From: Octopus sinensis
Lineage: Eukaryota
Direction: 5' to 3'
Length of the DNA stretch: 38,990 nt
NCBI RefSeq assembly: GCF_006345805.1
Contig: NW_021835885.1
Coordinates: forward strand, 1 to 38,990
Under the pieces are notes generated by a model. It searched no databases. It had not been told where the DNA came from and saw only the letters and a program-made list of their open reading frames with translations. The position numbers and the translations under genes are program-made. Below, one piece after another: positions 11,629 through 23,579 of this stretch (position 1 is the stretch's first letter; each line of letters begins with the position of its first letter).

Positions 11629-12570
11629 TGATATATATACGTGTGTATATGTATATACATAATATTTATATGCATATATACAATATATAGATATATAAGC
11701 AGACACATACACATAATACATATATACATACACTAGCTGCTGTACCCGGTAATTCCCGGGGGGTAAAGATGAAACACCTTACTACTCAGATATAAGAAAG
11801 TAACTGTCACAAATGGTGTATTTTCCGTCACGAAAAAGTACAAAAAACTGTCGGCTGGAAGAGGGGGGGTTGTTGGAGGTTGGTGAGAGAGGTTTTCGGA
11901 GGTTGGCGAGAGGCAAAGATATTATTCTGCTTAGCGAAGGCCACTGGGAAAGGTATAACTACTGTCATTCATAGAAAAACTATTGTTTTACCGTGAGAAA
12001 AGCGCTGTTGAAGTGTGAAGTGAAATTTGGCAATCGAGGATCGAATCCAAGCTATGCCTGCTTGAAGCCCCATCAAATACGTTGTAGAATAAAAAATTTA
12101 TCTACTGTCATGGAAAAACTGGAAAGATGCAGAATTATCGAAGTAAAGGACATTCAAAAAGTATGTATATATAGAAATGTATGAAGGAAGTCTTTAAGTT
12201 TAAACAGTCAAATTAAGGAAGTTCAATAATAATGTTTAGCAGTTCAAAACTGTGAGTAGTGAAATGCAGAATTAGGTCGGCTGATCGTGAGAATCAAACA
12301 TTGATCGCTTCGGTAAAATCTGCAGGTGGTATGGGTTATTTCCCTTTGGTTGTTTAAATAAAATATTAGTAACATGTAGTAGATAGAAGGATCCATTGCA
12401 AGGTCCCTATTATCGATTTTTTTCAACAATCTAAGTATGTCACGAAGTTTCCAGACATGTGTTCTATTCACGTGTCAAAGTATTAAAGTGATATTGTCTG
12501 CAAAAATTAGAAATAGGACACACAAAAAATCAATATTCAGAGAAAGAATATTAAAAGAAAGCTGAAAAAC

Positions 12571-13135
12571 TTAATCATTGCTGCCCATGATCAGGCATTG
12601 AATACCAACTCACTCTAAAGGGATATGTATCACACAAGTGCAACGAACCTCTGCAGAATGTGTAGGAAGAGGGTGGAAAGTGTGACTCACATTGTTAGTG
12701 CTTGCGAAAGTCTTGCGCTGAAAGAGTACAAGTGAAGACACGACAGGGTAGCCCAAAACCTTCACTGGGTACTATGCCGGAAGTATGGATACGAGGTAAC
12801 GAGTGCTTGGTACCAACATACATCGGGAAAGATAATGGACGAAAACGGGAAGGCAAAAATCCTCAAAGGTGTTAGAGCACCGAAGGCCGGATATAGTATC
12901 CTTTAAGAGGGACAAACAAGAGTGCCTAATAATTGACGTGGCAGTGCCAGGAGATCAACATATTATCATGAAAGAAAGAAAAAAGATTGATAAATGTGGA
13001 GATCTGAGAATTGATCTCCCAAACGGAAGAAACATCTGGAAACTTTAGATATACCCTATCATCTAGGTGTATAGCAAAATTCGGCATTACTTGGAACTGC
13101 ATGCATATTGCGTAAAGTACTGTCTGTCTGGGTTC
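12571..13135 (+). pseudogene. R4/Dong-like non-LTR retrotransposon: CCHC knuckle + restriction-like endonuclease fragment with stops and deletions
   Basis: Translates IIAAHDQALNT...CRMCRKRVESVTHIVSAC...EYK*RHDRVAQNLHWVLCRKYG...HRRPDIV...LIIDVAVPGD...ALLGTACILRKVL, the diagnostic R4-clade RHD/PD..D motifs. Confidence 0.85.
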
Positions 13136-13425
13136 CTTGTTGCGACTTTACAGATAGTACAAATCCCGGGGGACACAATATATTCAATATATCCAATTCA
13201 TGATATTGGATAGAGTGCCCAATAGAACTGTTACAAAATAATCAGAGATTATCGTATGGCGATAACTATTAATATCCAGTAACGCTGTCGTAATCTCTTT
13301 TAGAGAGACTTAGTAATTTTAATATTTCTATTATTGAAAACAAGTGGATGTATTCCACTGTAACTAGGTAAATAAAATCTTCGAACAGACGGTCAGTAGC
13401 GATACCTGCTGGTTCTGGCTACGCT

Positions 13426-13462
13426 GCATTGATAAAGGGCAACAACCCTGAAACATGTCTGC
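13426..13462 (+). ncRNA. Minimal hammerhead-like motif with compensatory U3-A8 core (UUGAUAA)
   Basis: gca-TTGATAA-aggg-caacaa-ccct-GAAA-catg-TC-tgc. Perfect 4-bp stem II, palindromic ACATGT, GUC triplet. Sits at the tip of a larger imperfect hairpin (13380-13508). Confidence 0.6.
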
Positions 13463-13781
13463 TGATGTCTGACCAGCAAGGTGAAGCGGCTGACCTCCCC
13501 TGTTCGAAGGTTGTAATGGACGCAGGTTCGTGTGTCATATAGCTATCTAGAGGCGATGGCCTCTTGGAGCTAATCAGCGACAGCTTTAATCTTATTTATA
13601 GACTGCTATATTAGTATGGCGATATCTATTAAAATAATGAGAATAATCAGAGAAGTATCAGATAGCTGAAAATAACGGATAGCATGGTACCGTCGGCTGC
13701 AGGTAGTAAGCCCGCTACGCATGCGAGACTCCAGGAGGTCCAACAAAACCTGTGATAAAAGAAATAACAATAATAATAACT

Positions 13782-14148
13782 ACTGATGTTGACAAAACCC
13801 CTACATGTCAATGGTTAGTGTCTTCTGGATTAAAATCAGAGACAGAAGGGTTTATCATAGCAATCCAAAAACATAGTAATCTGAAAATATTATCAAAAGT
13901 ACTTTTAAATGTACATAATAGCAAACACATTTTACTGTCATTTTAAGATCATACTATCATCTTATCATCAAATTACTTTTAAAACAAATTTATGATTTTT
14001 CTTCTGTTTAGAACAATACTGTGCAAGACCAAAAATATGGCAGACTTCTAACTTGTCTCTTGTGGGCTCTGGGTGAGACTTGGAGTCAACTAGTACAAAT
14101 ACAAAGCAAAAGCGAAACAAATTATGATGATGATGATGATGATAATAC
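13782..14148 (+). mobile_element. Internally deleted R4/Dong-like fragment with 3' UTR and (TGA/TAA)n tail
   Basis: DVDKTPTCQWLVSSGLKSETEGFIIAIQ (R4 motif W..G.LK.ETEGFIIAIQ) follows a short (TAA)n and ends in (ATG)n. Confidence 0.65.
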
Positions 14149-14653
14149 CCTGATGCAGTACCAGGCACTAGCTCTCATGGCTTCTGATCTTAACTAATGG
14201 GAAGTTTTATCATATACATGTTTTGTCTTGGTATAAAAGAGGAACAAATATTCTTTTCAGTACCATAGATTTGCTTGTCAGTGGCTTGACCATACCCAGT
14301 TGAGCACGTCCCTTGGTGGCTGACGATATGAGCATCTCTGACCACAAGTAGAAGGCGTATCATAGCTATATGTTGAGAGGAATTCTTTGAGGTTTGAATA
14401 ATTCACCACTGGATACAGGGATGTCTTGTTCAACATCCTCAAACAATCCCTATTCAGGGACTTTTGAGCAAGATGGGCTACTCGATCTGAAGAAAGTTCT
14501 AACCGGGCCCCGCCTGCAAGGTCGTGTGCTGTTTATCTTGATACGAGATCACCATGTCATACACATACAGTCGTGAGGCTTGCACCAGGTGTACTCTTAT
14601 CAGCAGGTAGTTGTGATGGGTATTTGATGGCATGCACTGCTCTCTCACTCAAA

Positions 14654-14704
<51 letters not shown>
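14149..14704 (+). mobile_element. About 500-bp non-coding interspersed repeat ending in (AAT)n
   Basis: Bounded by trinucleotide arrays, no ORF homology. Recognised from recall as a common octopus repeat; single copy in this window. Confidence 0.4.
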
Positions 14705-14706
<2 letters not shown>

Positions 14707-14999
14707 ACAGGAGAATACCAGGATTTGGATAGGGGAATGCGAAGACTGTGGAGGGTTTGTACAAAAGTAATCCCAGTTGTTCTAGTTGCACTAGGTACCG
14801 TCGCCAACGGACTTGGCAGATTCCTTATTGAGATTGGTGTAACTACGAGAAAAGCATTAATTCAGAAATCTGCTCTATTGGCAACAGCAAGGATTTTAAG
14901 AAAGGTCTTCGATACCTAAGGAAACTGGTTGTGACCCGGTATCAAGGACAGTGTGCCGAATGTATTACATTTTTACACACCACTAATGATAATAATAAG
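14705..14999 (+). mobile_element. 5'-truncated Dong/R4-like 3' end inserted in (TAA)n
   Basis: YQDLDRGMRRLWRVCTKVIPVVLVALGTV...LIQKSALLATARILRKVFDT*, flanked by (AAT)n on the left and taatgataataataa on the right. Confidence 0.85.
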
Positions 15000-15262
15000 A
15001 AATCTTAACTGATATGAGAGCAGAGCAAGCCCCCAAATCTGCTCTGCCGGGGACAGCAAGGATTTGGAGATTGGCACTTAGATGTTGAATGTCTTCCATG
15101 ATAATTAACAACCAAGCATCAAAGCTTATTACGTGCAGAAAGAGACCTTGTGAGATCTCTGACAGAAGGCTGCTGTCCGCTCTCACAGAATCTACCAGAA
15201 CGAACAGGACCGAGCGCTCTCAAAAATAAAACAACAACAACAACAACAACAACAACAATAAT
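15000..15262 (+). mobile_element. Second Dong/R4-like 3' end with (CAA)n tail
   Basis: EILTDMRAEQAPKSALPGTARIWRLAL parallels the ...QKSALLGTARILRK C-terminus. Confidence 0.6.
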
Positions 15263-15420
15263 ACATAACAAAAACTCCAGGAATTACAAGTATATATAAC
15301 ATACAGAAAATAGAACTACTAGGTACCGCACACATCCTACGTAAAACACTTTCAATACAGTGAAAGTAAGAGCACCACAACAAGCCAAAGCGCATACCCA
15401 AGGCACATTATATTCAAAGC
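15263..15420 (+). mobile_element. Third Dong/R4-like 3' end
   Basis: KTPGITSIYNIQKIELLGTAHILRKTLSIQ*. Confidence 0.7.
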
Positions 15421-15912
15421 TATCTTGGATAGCTTTTAATGATGTGTGCCAGCATTCTTTTCCTCAAGCACAGGGGACAGGAAAACTGGTGACTCCACCT
15501 TTCTTCACCGGAACAAGTTAGATGGGCTCAATATAACATCATAAATGACGTAGATCAGGAATTTTTACGGGAAGGACCCCAGGGATTTAATATAAATTGA
15601 AAATATTACGGCAGCCTTTTACAGTACCTGTAGGCCAAATAGTAATAAAATCATGTACTGGCTCAGCTAACTCCATAGAAATCCTTCACATATACTATGT
15701 ATAATACGTATAAAACACATGTCCTGTGTAACACATAAACTATGCAATCACTACACACTGCAAACATCCTACATAAATATATATATATAGAAATATATAT
15801 ATATATACACACATACATACATATATGTACATACACAAACATACATATATATATATATGTAAATATATGTACATATGTATGTACATATATATACATTTAT
15901 ATATATGCATGC

Positions 15913-15991
<79 letters not shown>

Positions 15992-16080
15992 TCATATATT
16001 TATTTATATCTCTTATGATAAAAGGCAGATTTTCTCTGCCTCTGACATAGTTTGTTTTTAATACAATTGTACAATATAGA

Positions 16081-16572
16081 ATTTCTTCAATTGGAATTTA
16101 CCTATGATTTTTCGAAGTAGATTCGATTGGGTCATGGCATATCAATGTTTTTCTATTTGACCCCCAATTAAGCAAAAATTCGAGAAAACTAAATATCAAC
16201 TGCTTCACTCCTTCTATTACCACACTTTCTCCTACTTTCTCTTTGCAAGTGTACCTTAAACCACTACTCAAAAAAAATACACAGGAAACAGAAACAAATA
16301 AAAACTAAATATTTTACGATTTGCCTCTCTCATATCAACTGCTTCACTCCTATTACCACACTTTCTCCTACTTTCTCTTTGCAAGTGTACCTTAAACCAC
16401 TACTCAAAAAAATACACAGGAAACAGAAACAAATAAATACATAACGATTTACTCCTCACACAATTTCTTCAATTGGAATTTACCTATGATTTTTCGAAGT
16501 ACATTCCATTGGGTCATGGCATTGAAATTTCTTTCAATTTGACCGCCAATTAAGCAAAAATTCGAGAAAACT
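16081..16572. repeat. X-Y-Y'-X' arrangement of about 110-bp direct repeats
   Basis: aatttcttcaattggaatttacctatg...cgagaaaact occurs at about 16081 and 16462; atatcaactgcttcactc...gaaacaaataaa occurs at about 16195 and 16332. Confidence 0.8.
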
Positions 16573-16944
16573 CAATATTTTACGATTGGTTTTTAATTTG
16601 CTTTCTGTCGCTAAGTTTTTGTAGTATTAATTTGCGAGCGTACTTCAGTTGTCAATTGTTGAAAGAAAGAAATTGTAAGCTAAGAAGGTGTGTGTGTGTG
16701 TGTGTGTGTGAGTGTGTGTGTGTGTATGTAGGAAGTGAAGGATAAAAATATGGCAAGTAGTGGACAGATGTACATATATACATACATCCATCCATCCATA
16801 CATACATGTGTGTGTATGTGTATTAATGTGTGTGTGTTTTATCTCTATATAAAGCTGAAGTTGTCTGTGTGCGCCAGGTTTGGTAGCCTTCAACTAACAC
16901 TATCTCCTCCGAGACCCTGTGGCGCAAGTTGACCAAAATTGAGA

Positions 16945-17228
16945 GTATGATAGAAGGCTTGCTCTTCCTTCCGTAGAAGAAAAAAAATTCAAATCGGACC
17001 ATGTTAACACCAAAAATTATTTACATCAAAAAGGTGCTTTTTTCTATGAAAATCCATATTTTTACGATTTTTTCACAGCTGTGTCGCCACTTTTCGGTGT
17101 ATTTCAACCAGAAAAATGGTCACTTGAAGACAATAACAAGCTACATAATGCAAAATTTTTACTTTTCAAAAATTCCAATTCTAAAGGGTCGAAACAAACC
17201 CGAGCAACGCCGGGCGATACTGCTAGTA
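16945..17228 (-). mobile_element. Probable non-autonomous Helitron/HINE-like element end (may extend to about 16080)
   Basis: Minus strand begins tactagcagtatcgcccggcgttgctcggg, an ACTAGC...CCCGG..CGGG terminus resembling Lep1/DINE-type Helitron ends. A similar terminus actagctgctgtacccggtaattcccggg is at about 11733 (+). Family call is from recall. Confidence 0.4.
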
Positions 17229-17705
17229 CATATATAAATATACATATATACATATACTTATATATATATATATATACACATATATATATACATATTTATA
17301 TATGTACGTATATACATATATATATATACATATAAATATATACATATATATGCACATATATATGCATGTATATATATATATATATATATATACATACATA
17401 CATATGTACACTACGCATAAAACACGTCCTGTATAACACAAACTATGCAAACACTATGTATATATGTGTATATATATATACATATATATATATGCACATA
17501 CACACATATGTGTGTGTATAAATATATATATGTATATATAGCCGGGCGCGCACGCACACACATAAAAAGGTTGATATCTATGATAAGAGTCGGGCACCCC
17601 TATAGGGTGGCTGTCATGTCACCTGTGTAGTACACCAGCACACCCCTAACCTTACACCCCAGTTATAAGATTGTACACAGGTGATGGTGAATCGGGTCAC
17701 GCTTG

Positions 17706-17714
17706 ACTGAGAAC

Positions 17715-17766
<52 letters not shown>
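17706..17766. repeat. (GA)n microsatellite
   Basis: Direct inspection. Confidence 0.95.
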
Positions 17767-17770
<4 letters not shown>

Positions 17771-18127
17771 AAGAAGTCGGGTCGAACATACTTGAGTGGA
17801 TTAGCTTAATCCGCTAAAGGAGGAGAGGGAAGTTTGATACACAATATTTTGTTAGGTATATCAGATCAAATCCCATCAACTACCCCTCGTTTAACCTCCG
17901 CCCTCGTACACACATTACATACAAGGACACATACACACACATATACAAACATATCTTTCTGTGTGAGTGTATGTCTGTATGTGTCTACGTATGTTTATAT
18001 ATAAACATGTATATATATATATATACATATGCATATATTTATATATATATATATAGCATATATATATATGTATATATATCATATATATATATATGTACAA
18101 TTATATATATATATATATATATATATC

Positions 18128-18289
18128 CCAAGGGCTTCTTTTTGTTTCCGTCTACCAAATCCACTCACAAGGATTTGGTCGGCCCGAGGCTATAGTACAA
18201 GACACATCCCCAAAGTACCTCACAGTGAGACTGAACTCGGAACCAAGTGGTCGGGAGGCAAGCCTCTTACCACACTGGACTATAGACGC
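18128..18289 (-). mobile_element. SINE family A head
   Basis: gggcttc...ctaccaaatccactcacaagg...ggtcggcccgaggctatag matches the other A copies. Confidence 0.8.
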
Positions 18290-18330
18290 TCACACACACA
18301 CACACACACACACACATTTATTTATTTGTT

Positions 18331-18362
<32 letters not shown>

Positions 18363-18458
18363 ACGAGAAGGTTTACGAAAATAAACAAAAGACGAAGGCA
18401 GGTGGAGTACAAACAAACAATGTATTAGTATGGCGCTCAGGAATAGAAATAAAACAAG

Positions 18459-18496
18459 TCTTTTACGTTTCGAGCCTACGCTCTTCGACAGAAAGA
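18459..18496 (-). ncRNA. Minimal hammerhead-like motif with variant core, in a about 200-bp PLE-like island (18362-18560)
   Basis: Minus strand tcttt-CTGTCGA-a-gagc-gtag-gctc-GAAA-cg-TA-aaaga. Stem III is reduced to the palindrome ACGT; A6 is replaced by U. Confidence 0.5.
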
Positions 18497-18592
18497 TACA
18501 CAGAAAAGAAACAAGGAGAGAAAAAAATTGCGTGTAGGGGCTAACGATCCAACATGGCGTTCTCATGGCGACTATATATATATATATATATA

Positions 18593-18695
18593 GTCGCAAG
18601 AGTGGCTGTCTGGTAAGAAGCTTGCTTCCTAACTACATGGTTCCGGGTTCAGTCCCACTGTGTAGCATCTTGTGCAAGTGTCTTCAACTATAACC
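18593..18695 (+). mobile_element. SINE family A head, 3'-truncated
   Basis: gagtggctgtctggtaagaagcttgcttcc...ggttccgggttcagtcccactg. Confidence 0.8.
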
Positions 18696-18889
18696 TATAT
18701 GTGTGTGTGTGGTGTGTGTGTGACTGAAAAAATGATGAACAACCTTAATCGATTATCGAATCTTATTGGTTTCTCATAAGAGGCGTCCACATCATTCTGA
18801 CAGTCTCCAGAGAAACAAGCAATCAAACTGTTTATATACTCAACAAATGCAGCAGTTACTCTATGAAGGAGTTCCTAATAATAATGATG

Positions 18890-18923
<34 letters not shown>

Positions 18924-18976
18924 GATAGATAGATACATACATACGTACATACATAAATACACTCCCATATACATCC

Positions 18977-19035
<59 letters not shown>

Positions 19036-19055
19036 CATATGAAGTATGTAAATTA

Positions 19056-19611
19056 ATTGCAAAACTTGAGGCAATACAACGAAGCTACATGGAGATGATA
19101 GCCTTGATTCATCATCAAGCTAGTGGGAAAGACTCAAGAGATTGAAACTTTATTCCGTGGAGCGTAGGCGAGAAAGGTTTGCCAAAATATACATTTGGAA
19201 ATTCTTGGAGGGACTTGTCTCAAGCTTTGGCATTAAGAGTTAGACTAACGCTAGAACAAGGCGCCGCAGCATAATGTCAAAAGTTCTAACATTGCCATCA
19301 AAATATAGGACCAGATATTGCAACAGCCTGGTCATTGAAGGACCGCAGCCCTTCAATATCTTCCCGAAGGACCTGAGAGACCTGCATGTGTTGGATATAG
19401 GTGTCTTCAAAACGAAGCTAGATCTCTTACTGTCAAGAGTCCCAGATGAACTAATTTCACAACAGGAAGGCGCAGCGACTTCAAACTCTCACATGCGTCA
19501 AACGTCAAGTTCCAAAATGGATTAGTGAAGTTAAAATTGTGTAGCAACACCAAACGGCGGTGCCCCAGCATGGCCACAGCTCGTTAGCTGAAACTGGTTC
19601 AATTCAATTCA
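19056..19611 (+). mobile_element. CR1/L2-type LINE 3' end (RT C-terminus + 3' UTR, (ATTCA)n tail)
   Basis: AKLEAIQRSY...WERLKRLKLYSVERRRERF..IYIWKFLEGLV...FKTKLDLLLSRVPDE, typical CR1-group post-RT motifs. Confidence 0.8.
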
Positions 19612-19788
19612 TATATTGCATATGTATATATATATATATATATATATTATATAGATAGATAGATAGATTTATATATATAATTAATTAAAAAATGTATAAA
19701 TATATATACATGCATATATATGTATAGATATATATATGCATATATACACATACAACACACACACACACATATATATTATATATATATG

Positions 19789-19820
<32 letters not shown>

Positions 19821-20208
19821 ATCGGCAGTAAATTACTTGGGCAGTATTTACCTCCGGGGATTTAGCGCGCCAGAATGAGGGCATTTGAATGTAACTGTGA
19901 ATATAATCGGCTGTACCGTTCGTCTCTGTTCAACCTCGTGTGGATTTTGACGTTCGGTTCGACAAAATCATATTCTGATGTACTCTACTGACGATTCGAA
20001 AATACTTATGTAAGTAAAATTACATAATATATTAACGATGAAACAATTGTGTTGAGTTAATCTAATTTTTCGTTATTTTTCATTTGTTCCGCTTGCTTAC
20101 GTTCTTGGCGTGTTGAATTAATTCTTGAGAACAATTCTTTGGTGGCGGATTCCCTTTGCGGATCTATATCTAGCGTTAGAGCGTCCACATAGTGGACTCT
20201 CTTATTGT

Positions 20209-20245
<37 letters not shown>

Positions 20246-20702
20246 GTATAAATATATATGTATGTGTCTGTGTGTATGTGTGTGTATGCATACATATATA
20301 CAGGTATAAATATATGGATGTTTATATATACATATAATACTATATACACCATATATAGTGCATCGTGTGATCGTGTGTGTGTATAAATATGTACAGTATA
20401 TACACACATACATATTACACATTTCCGAGCTAATGAGGGAACGGCCTTGTGGTCACTTGTCATGCAAAGAACAGCAACCAAGTCGCCCTCAATGTACATA
20501 AAAATGTCTTGAAGTAAGAATGACACATTACAGATGCTAGTCCGAGTTCTTCCAAGGTCAGCGAAATGAGAGCCAATCTGGGGCTAAACACCGTAAAGGG
20601 CTCATATTTGCACTCACTGTACATGCATATTGCAAGCTCACATAATAGCAGGATTAAAGAATTGTCTACAGCTCAGATCCTCCATCAGTAGTAGGGCCTC
20701 AA

Positions 20703-21103
20703 AGATTCTTTTCTACTCTAGGCAAAAGGCCCGAAATTTCTGGCGAGAGGGCCAGTGAATTTGATCGACTCCAGTATGCAACTGGTACTTAATTTATCGG
20801 CCCCGAAAGGATCAAAGGCTAAGTCGATCTCGGCGGAATTTGGACTCAAAACGTAGCGGCAGACGAAATACCTATTTCTTTGCTACCCACAAGGGGCTAA
20901 ATACAGAGGACAAACAAGGACAGACACATGGATTAAGTCGATTATATCGACCCCAGTGCGTAACTGGTACTTACTTAATCGACCCCTAAAGGATGAAAGG
21001 CAAAGTCGACCTCGGCGGAATTTGGAACTCACAACGTAGCGGCAGACGAAATACCGCTAAGCATTTCTCCCGGCATGCTAACGTTTCTGCCAGCTCGCCG
21101 CCT
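20703..21103 (-). mobile_element. SINE family C, head + two body units, 10-bp TSD
   Basis: Head ggcggcgagctggcagaaacgttagc. Unit 1 spans 21055-20873 and unit 2 restarts at ggtatttcgtc (20872). Flanked by agggcctcaa at 20693-20702 and 21108-21117. Confidence 0.85.
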
Positions 21104-21519
21104 TAGAAGGGCCTCAACAATTACGTGAAAAGTTGTTCAAAATTTAGCTGGTCGCCTCCACAGTGATTGTGACCCAGGGGCCTACAAAATTGATTCTGTG
21201 CACACTGGAGGAAACCTCCACTTTTGGTAAGCACACTCTAGATATCCCAAATATACATCCTATATACACACTACACACATTTCATACTCAGCCTACGCAC
21301 TACATATTCTTGTAGCATTTTAACTCTTCAGTCACTGCGGCCAGACTGGAGCACTGCGATGAAGGATCGATCAAATCGACCCCAGTACTGATTTCATATT
21401 TGATGCACTGTCTATCGATCGCTTTTGGACCAAACCTCTAGATGAATTAGAGGAACGTAAACGAATCTACACAGGTTGTTAAGTGGTCAAAGACAAGCGC
21501 AAACACAATAAAGCACATA

Positions 21520-21580
21520 CACGTATATATATATATATATATATATACATATATATATACATATACATACATATATATAC

Positions 21581-21613
<33 letters not shown>

Positions 21614-21969
21614 CATACATACATACATATACATACATATATATACATACATACACATCATATATACACATACATATATACATACATACATACACATACA
21701 TATATACATACATACATACACATACATACATACATACATACATACACATACATATATACATACATACATACACATACATATATACATACATACACAATAC
21801 ATATATACATACATACATACACATACATATATATACATACATACATACACTACATATATTACATACATACATACACATACATATATATACAGACATACAC
21901 ATACATATACATACATTACACATACATATAATACATACATACACAACATATAATACATACATACAATAC

Positions 21970-22010
<41 letters not shown>
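21520..22010. repeat. Higher-order (CATA/TA/CA) minisatellite-like array
   Basis: Recurrent about 26-28-nt unit catacatatatacatacatacacata. Confidence 0.8.
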
Positions 22011-22011
<1 letters not shown>

Positions 22012-22101
22012 GTATGCTGCAACGGATTACCAGGGCTCCAAGTTTATAGCCGAGACACTAGTTATGGAGCCATTGCAGATTTCCGATATAGTGGAGATAT
22101 A

Positions 22102-22308
22102 ATTGTGAAAGAGGACAACAAACGTTAAGACAGGATAAACATCTCAAGTCATATGCATTATTATTATTATTGGAAAAATTCAAAGCCTTACAGCTGTTTC
22201 TGGGCTATCCCAGAAACAGCTGTAAGACTTTGAATTTTCCCAGTAATAATAACGTATATGACTTGAGATGTTTGTCCTGTCTTAACGTTTGTTTTCTTCT
22301 TTAACAAT
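22102..22308. mobile_element. About 205-bp palindrome centred on a half-hammerhead (PLE-derived fold-back)
   Basis: Axis ttacagctgtttctggg-ctat-cccagaaacagctgtaa. The arms are clearly complementary out to attgtgaaag/ctttaacaat and share GAAACAGCTGTAAGAC with 658-705. Confidence 0.75.
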
Positions 22309-22326
22309 AATATATATATATATATA

Positions 22327-22716
22327 TACTCTTTTACTTGTTTCAGTCAGTTGACTGCGGCCATGGTGGAGCACCACCTTTAATCGAGCAACTCGACCCG
22401 GGACTTATTCTTTGTAAGCCCAGTACTTATTCTATCGGTCTCTTTTGCCGAACCGCTAAGTGACGGGGACATAAACACCCCAGCATCGGTTGTCAAGCAA
22501 TACTAGGGGGATAAACACAGACACACAAACACACACGCACATATATATATATATATATATATACGACGGGCTTCTTTCAGTTTCCGTCTACCAAATCCAC
22601 TCACAAGGCTTTGGTCGGCAGTAGAAGACACTTGCCCAAGGTGCCACGCAGTGGAACTGAACCCGGAACCATGTGGTTGGTAATCAAGCTACTTACCACA
22701 CAGCCACTCCTGCGCC
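22327..22716 (-). mobile_element. Full composite SINE A/B
   Basis: Minus strand ggcgcaggagtggctgtgtggtaagtagc...ggttccgggttcagttccactgcgtggcaccttgggcaagtgtcttc...(TA)(TG)...ggtggtgctccaccatggccgcagtcaactgactgaaacaagtaaaagagta. Duplicate at 23803-24193. Confidence 0.9.
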
Positions 22717-23133
22717 ATATATATATACACACACACACACACAAACGTTATATCATACTTTTAGTCCATACTCATTTCCTACGTGAGTGTGTATGTGGAT
22801 GTATGTGTGTGTATGCAATTATGTATATAGTACTCACGACACAGGTGAATAGGGAATCTCAATGCTCGTTCTGCTAGAAATAGCACACATGTACAGTCTC
22901 CGCCCCCCCCCCACACACACACACACGTGCCCTATATACACCCTTCCGTTTCCAAATAGGACACAAGAAAATAGACAGAATGGATAATGTAGTTTTAACA
23001 ACGCTTAAAAGATGGGACGGTCACGGTCGGAATGCCTTTGATGCTAGGGCTTCTTAACAGCAACATGCAGGTGTGTGTATACAGGTGCGTATTAATTACA
23101 TCGTTAAAGCTGTCAAGGAAAGAAGTGGATGAA

Positions 23134-23172
<39 letters not shown>

Positions 23173-23340
23173 GGAGAAGCAAATTGGAGGAGGGGCTGGT
23201 CGCGGTGGGAGCGGACGATGACAGCATCACGGAAAATAAATGACATTCCACCTTGGATAAACTCTACAAATGATTTAAGATCACAGAGTTGCAGGTTCGA
23301 ATCGAACAATTACCCAGTCATTGAATTGATTCATTGGACT

Positions 23341-23517
23341 GAGGCGACGCTGTGTGTGTGTGTGTGTGTATGGTAAGTAGCTTGCTTCCCAACAACATGG
23401 CTCTGGGTTCGGTGCCACTGCGTAGCACCTTTGGCAAGTGTCTTCTATTATAGCCTCGGGCCGACCAAAGCCTTGTGAGTGGATTTGGTAGATGGAAAAT
23501 GAAAGAAGCCACAGTCG

Positions 23518-23579
<62 letters not shown>

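Noticed and set aside
11930-12480. Possible retroelement ORF remnants (NSAFHYSQF on the minus strand)
   Set aside because: Only a faint resemblance to a PLE thumb motif; frames are broken and there is no second motif.
19985-20010. CTGACGA-ttc-GAAA
   Set aside because: No room for stem II and no stem I/III; consistent with chance.
20050-20200. Non-repetitive minus-strand peptide NNKRVHYVDALTLDIDPQRES...
   Set aside because: No recognisable domain or convincing splice signals; cannot be assigned without a search.
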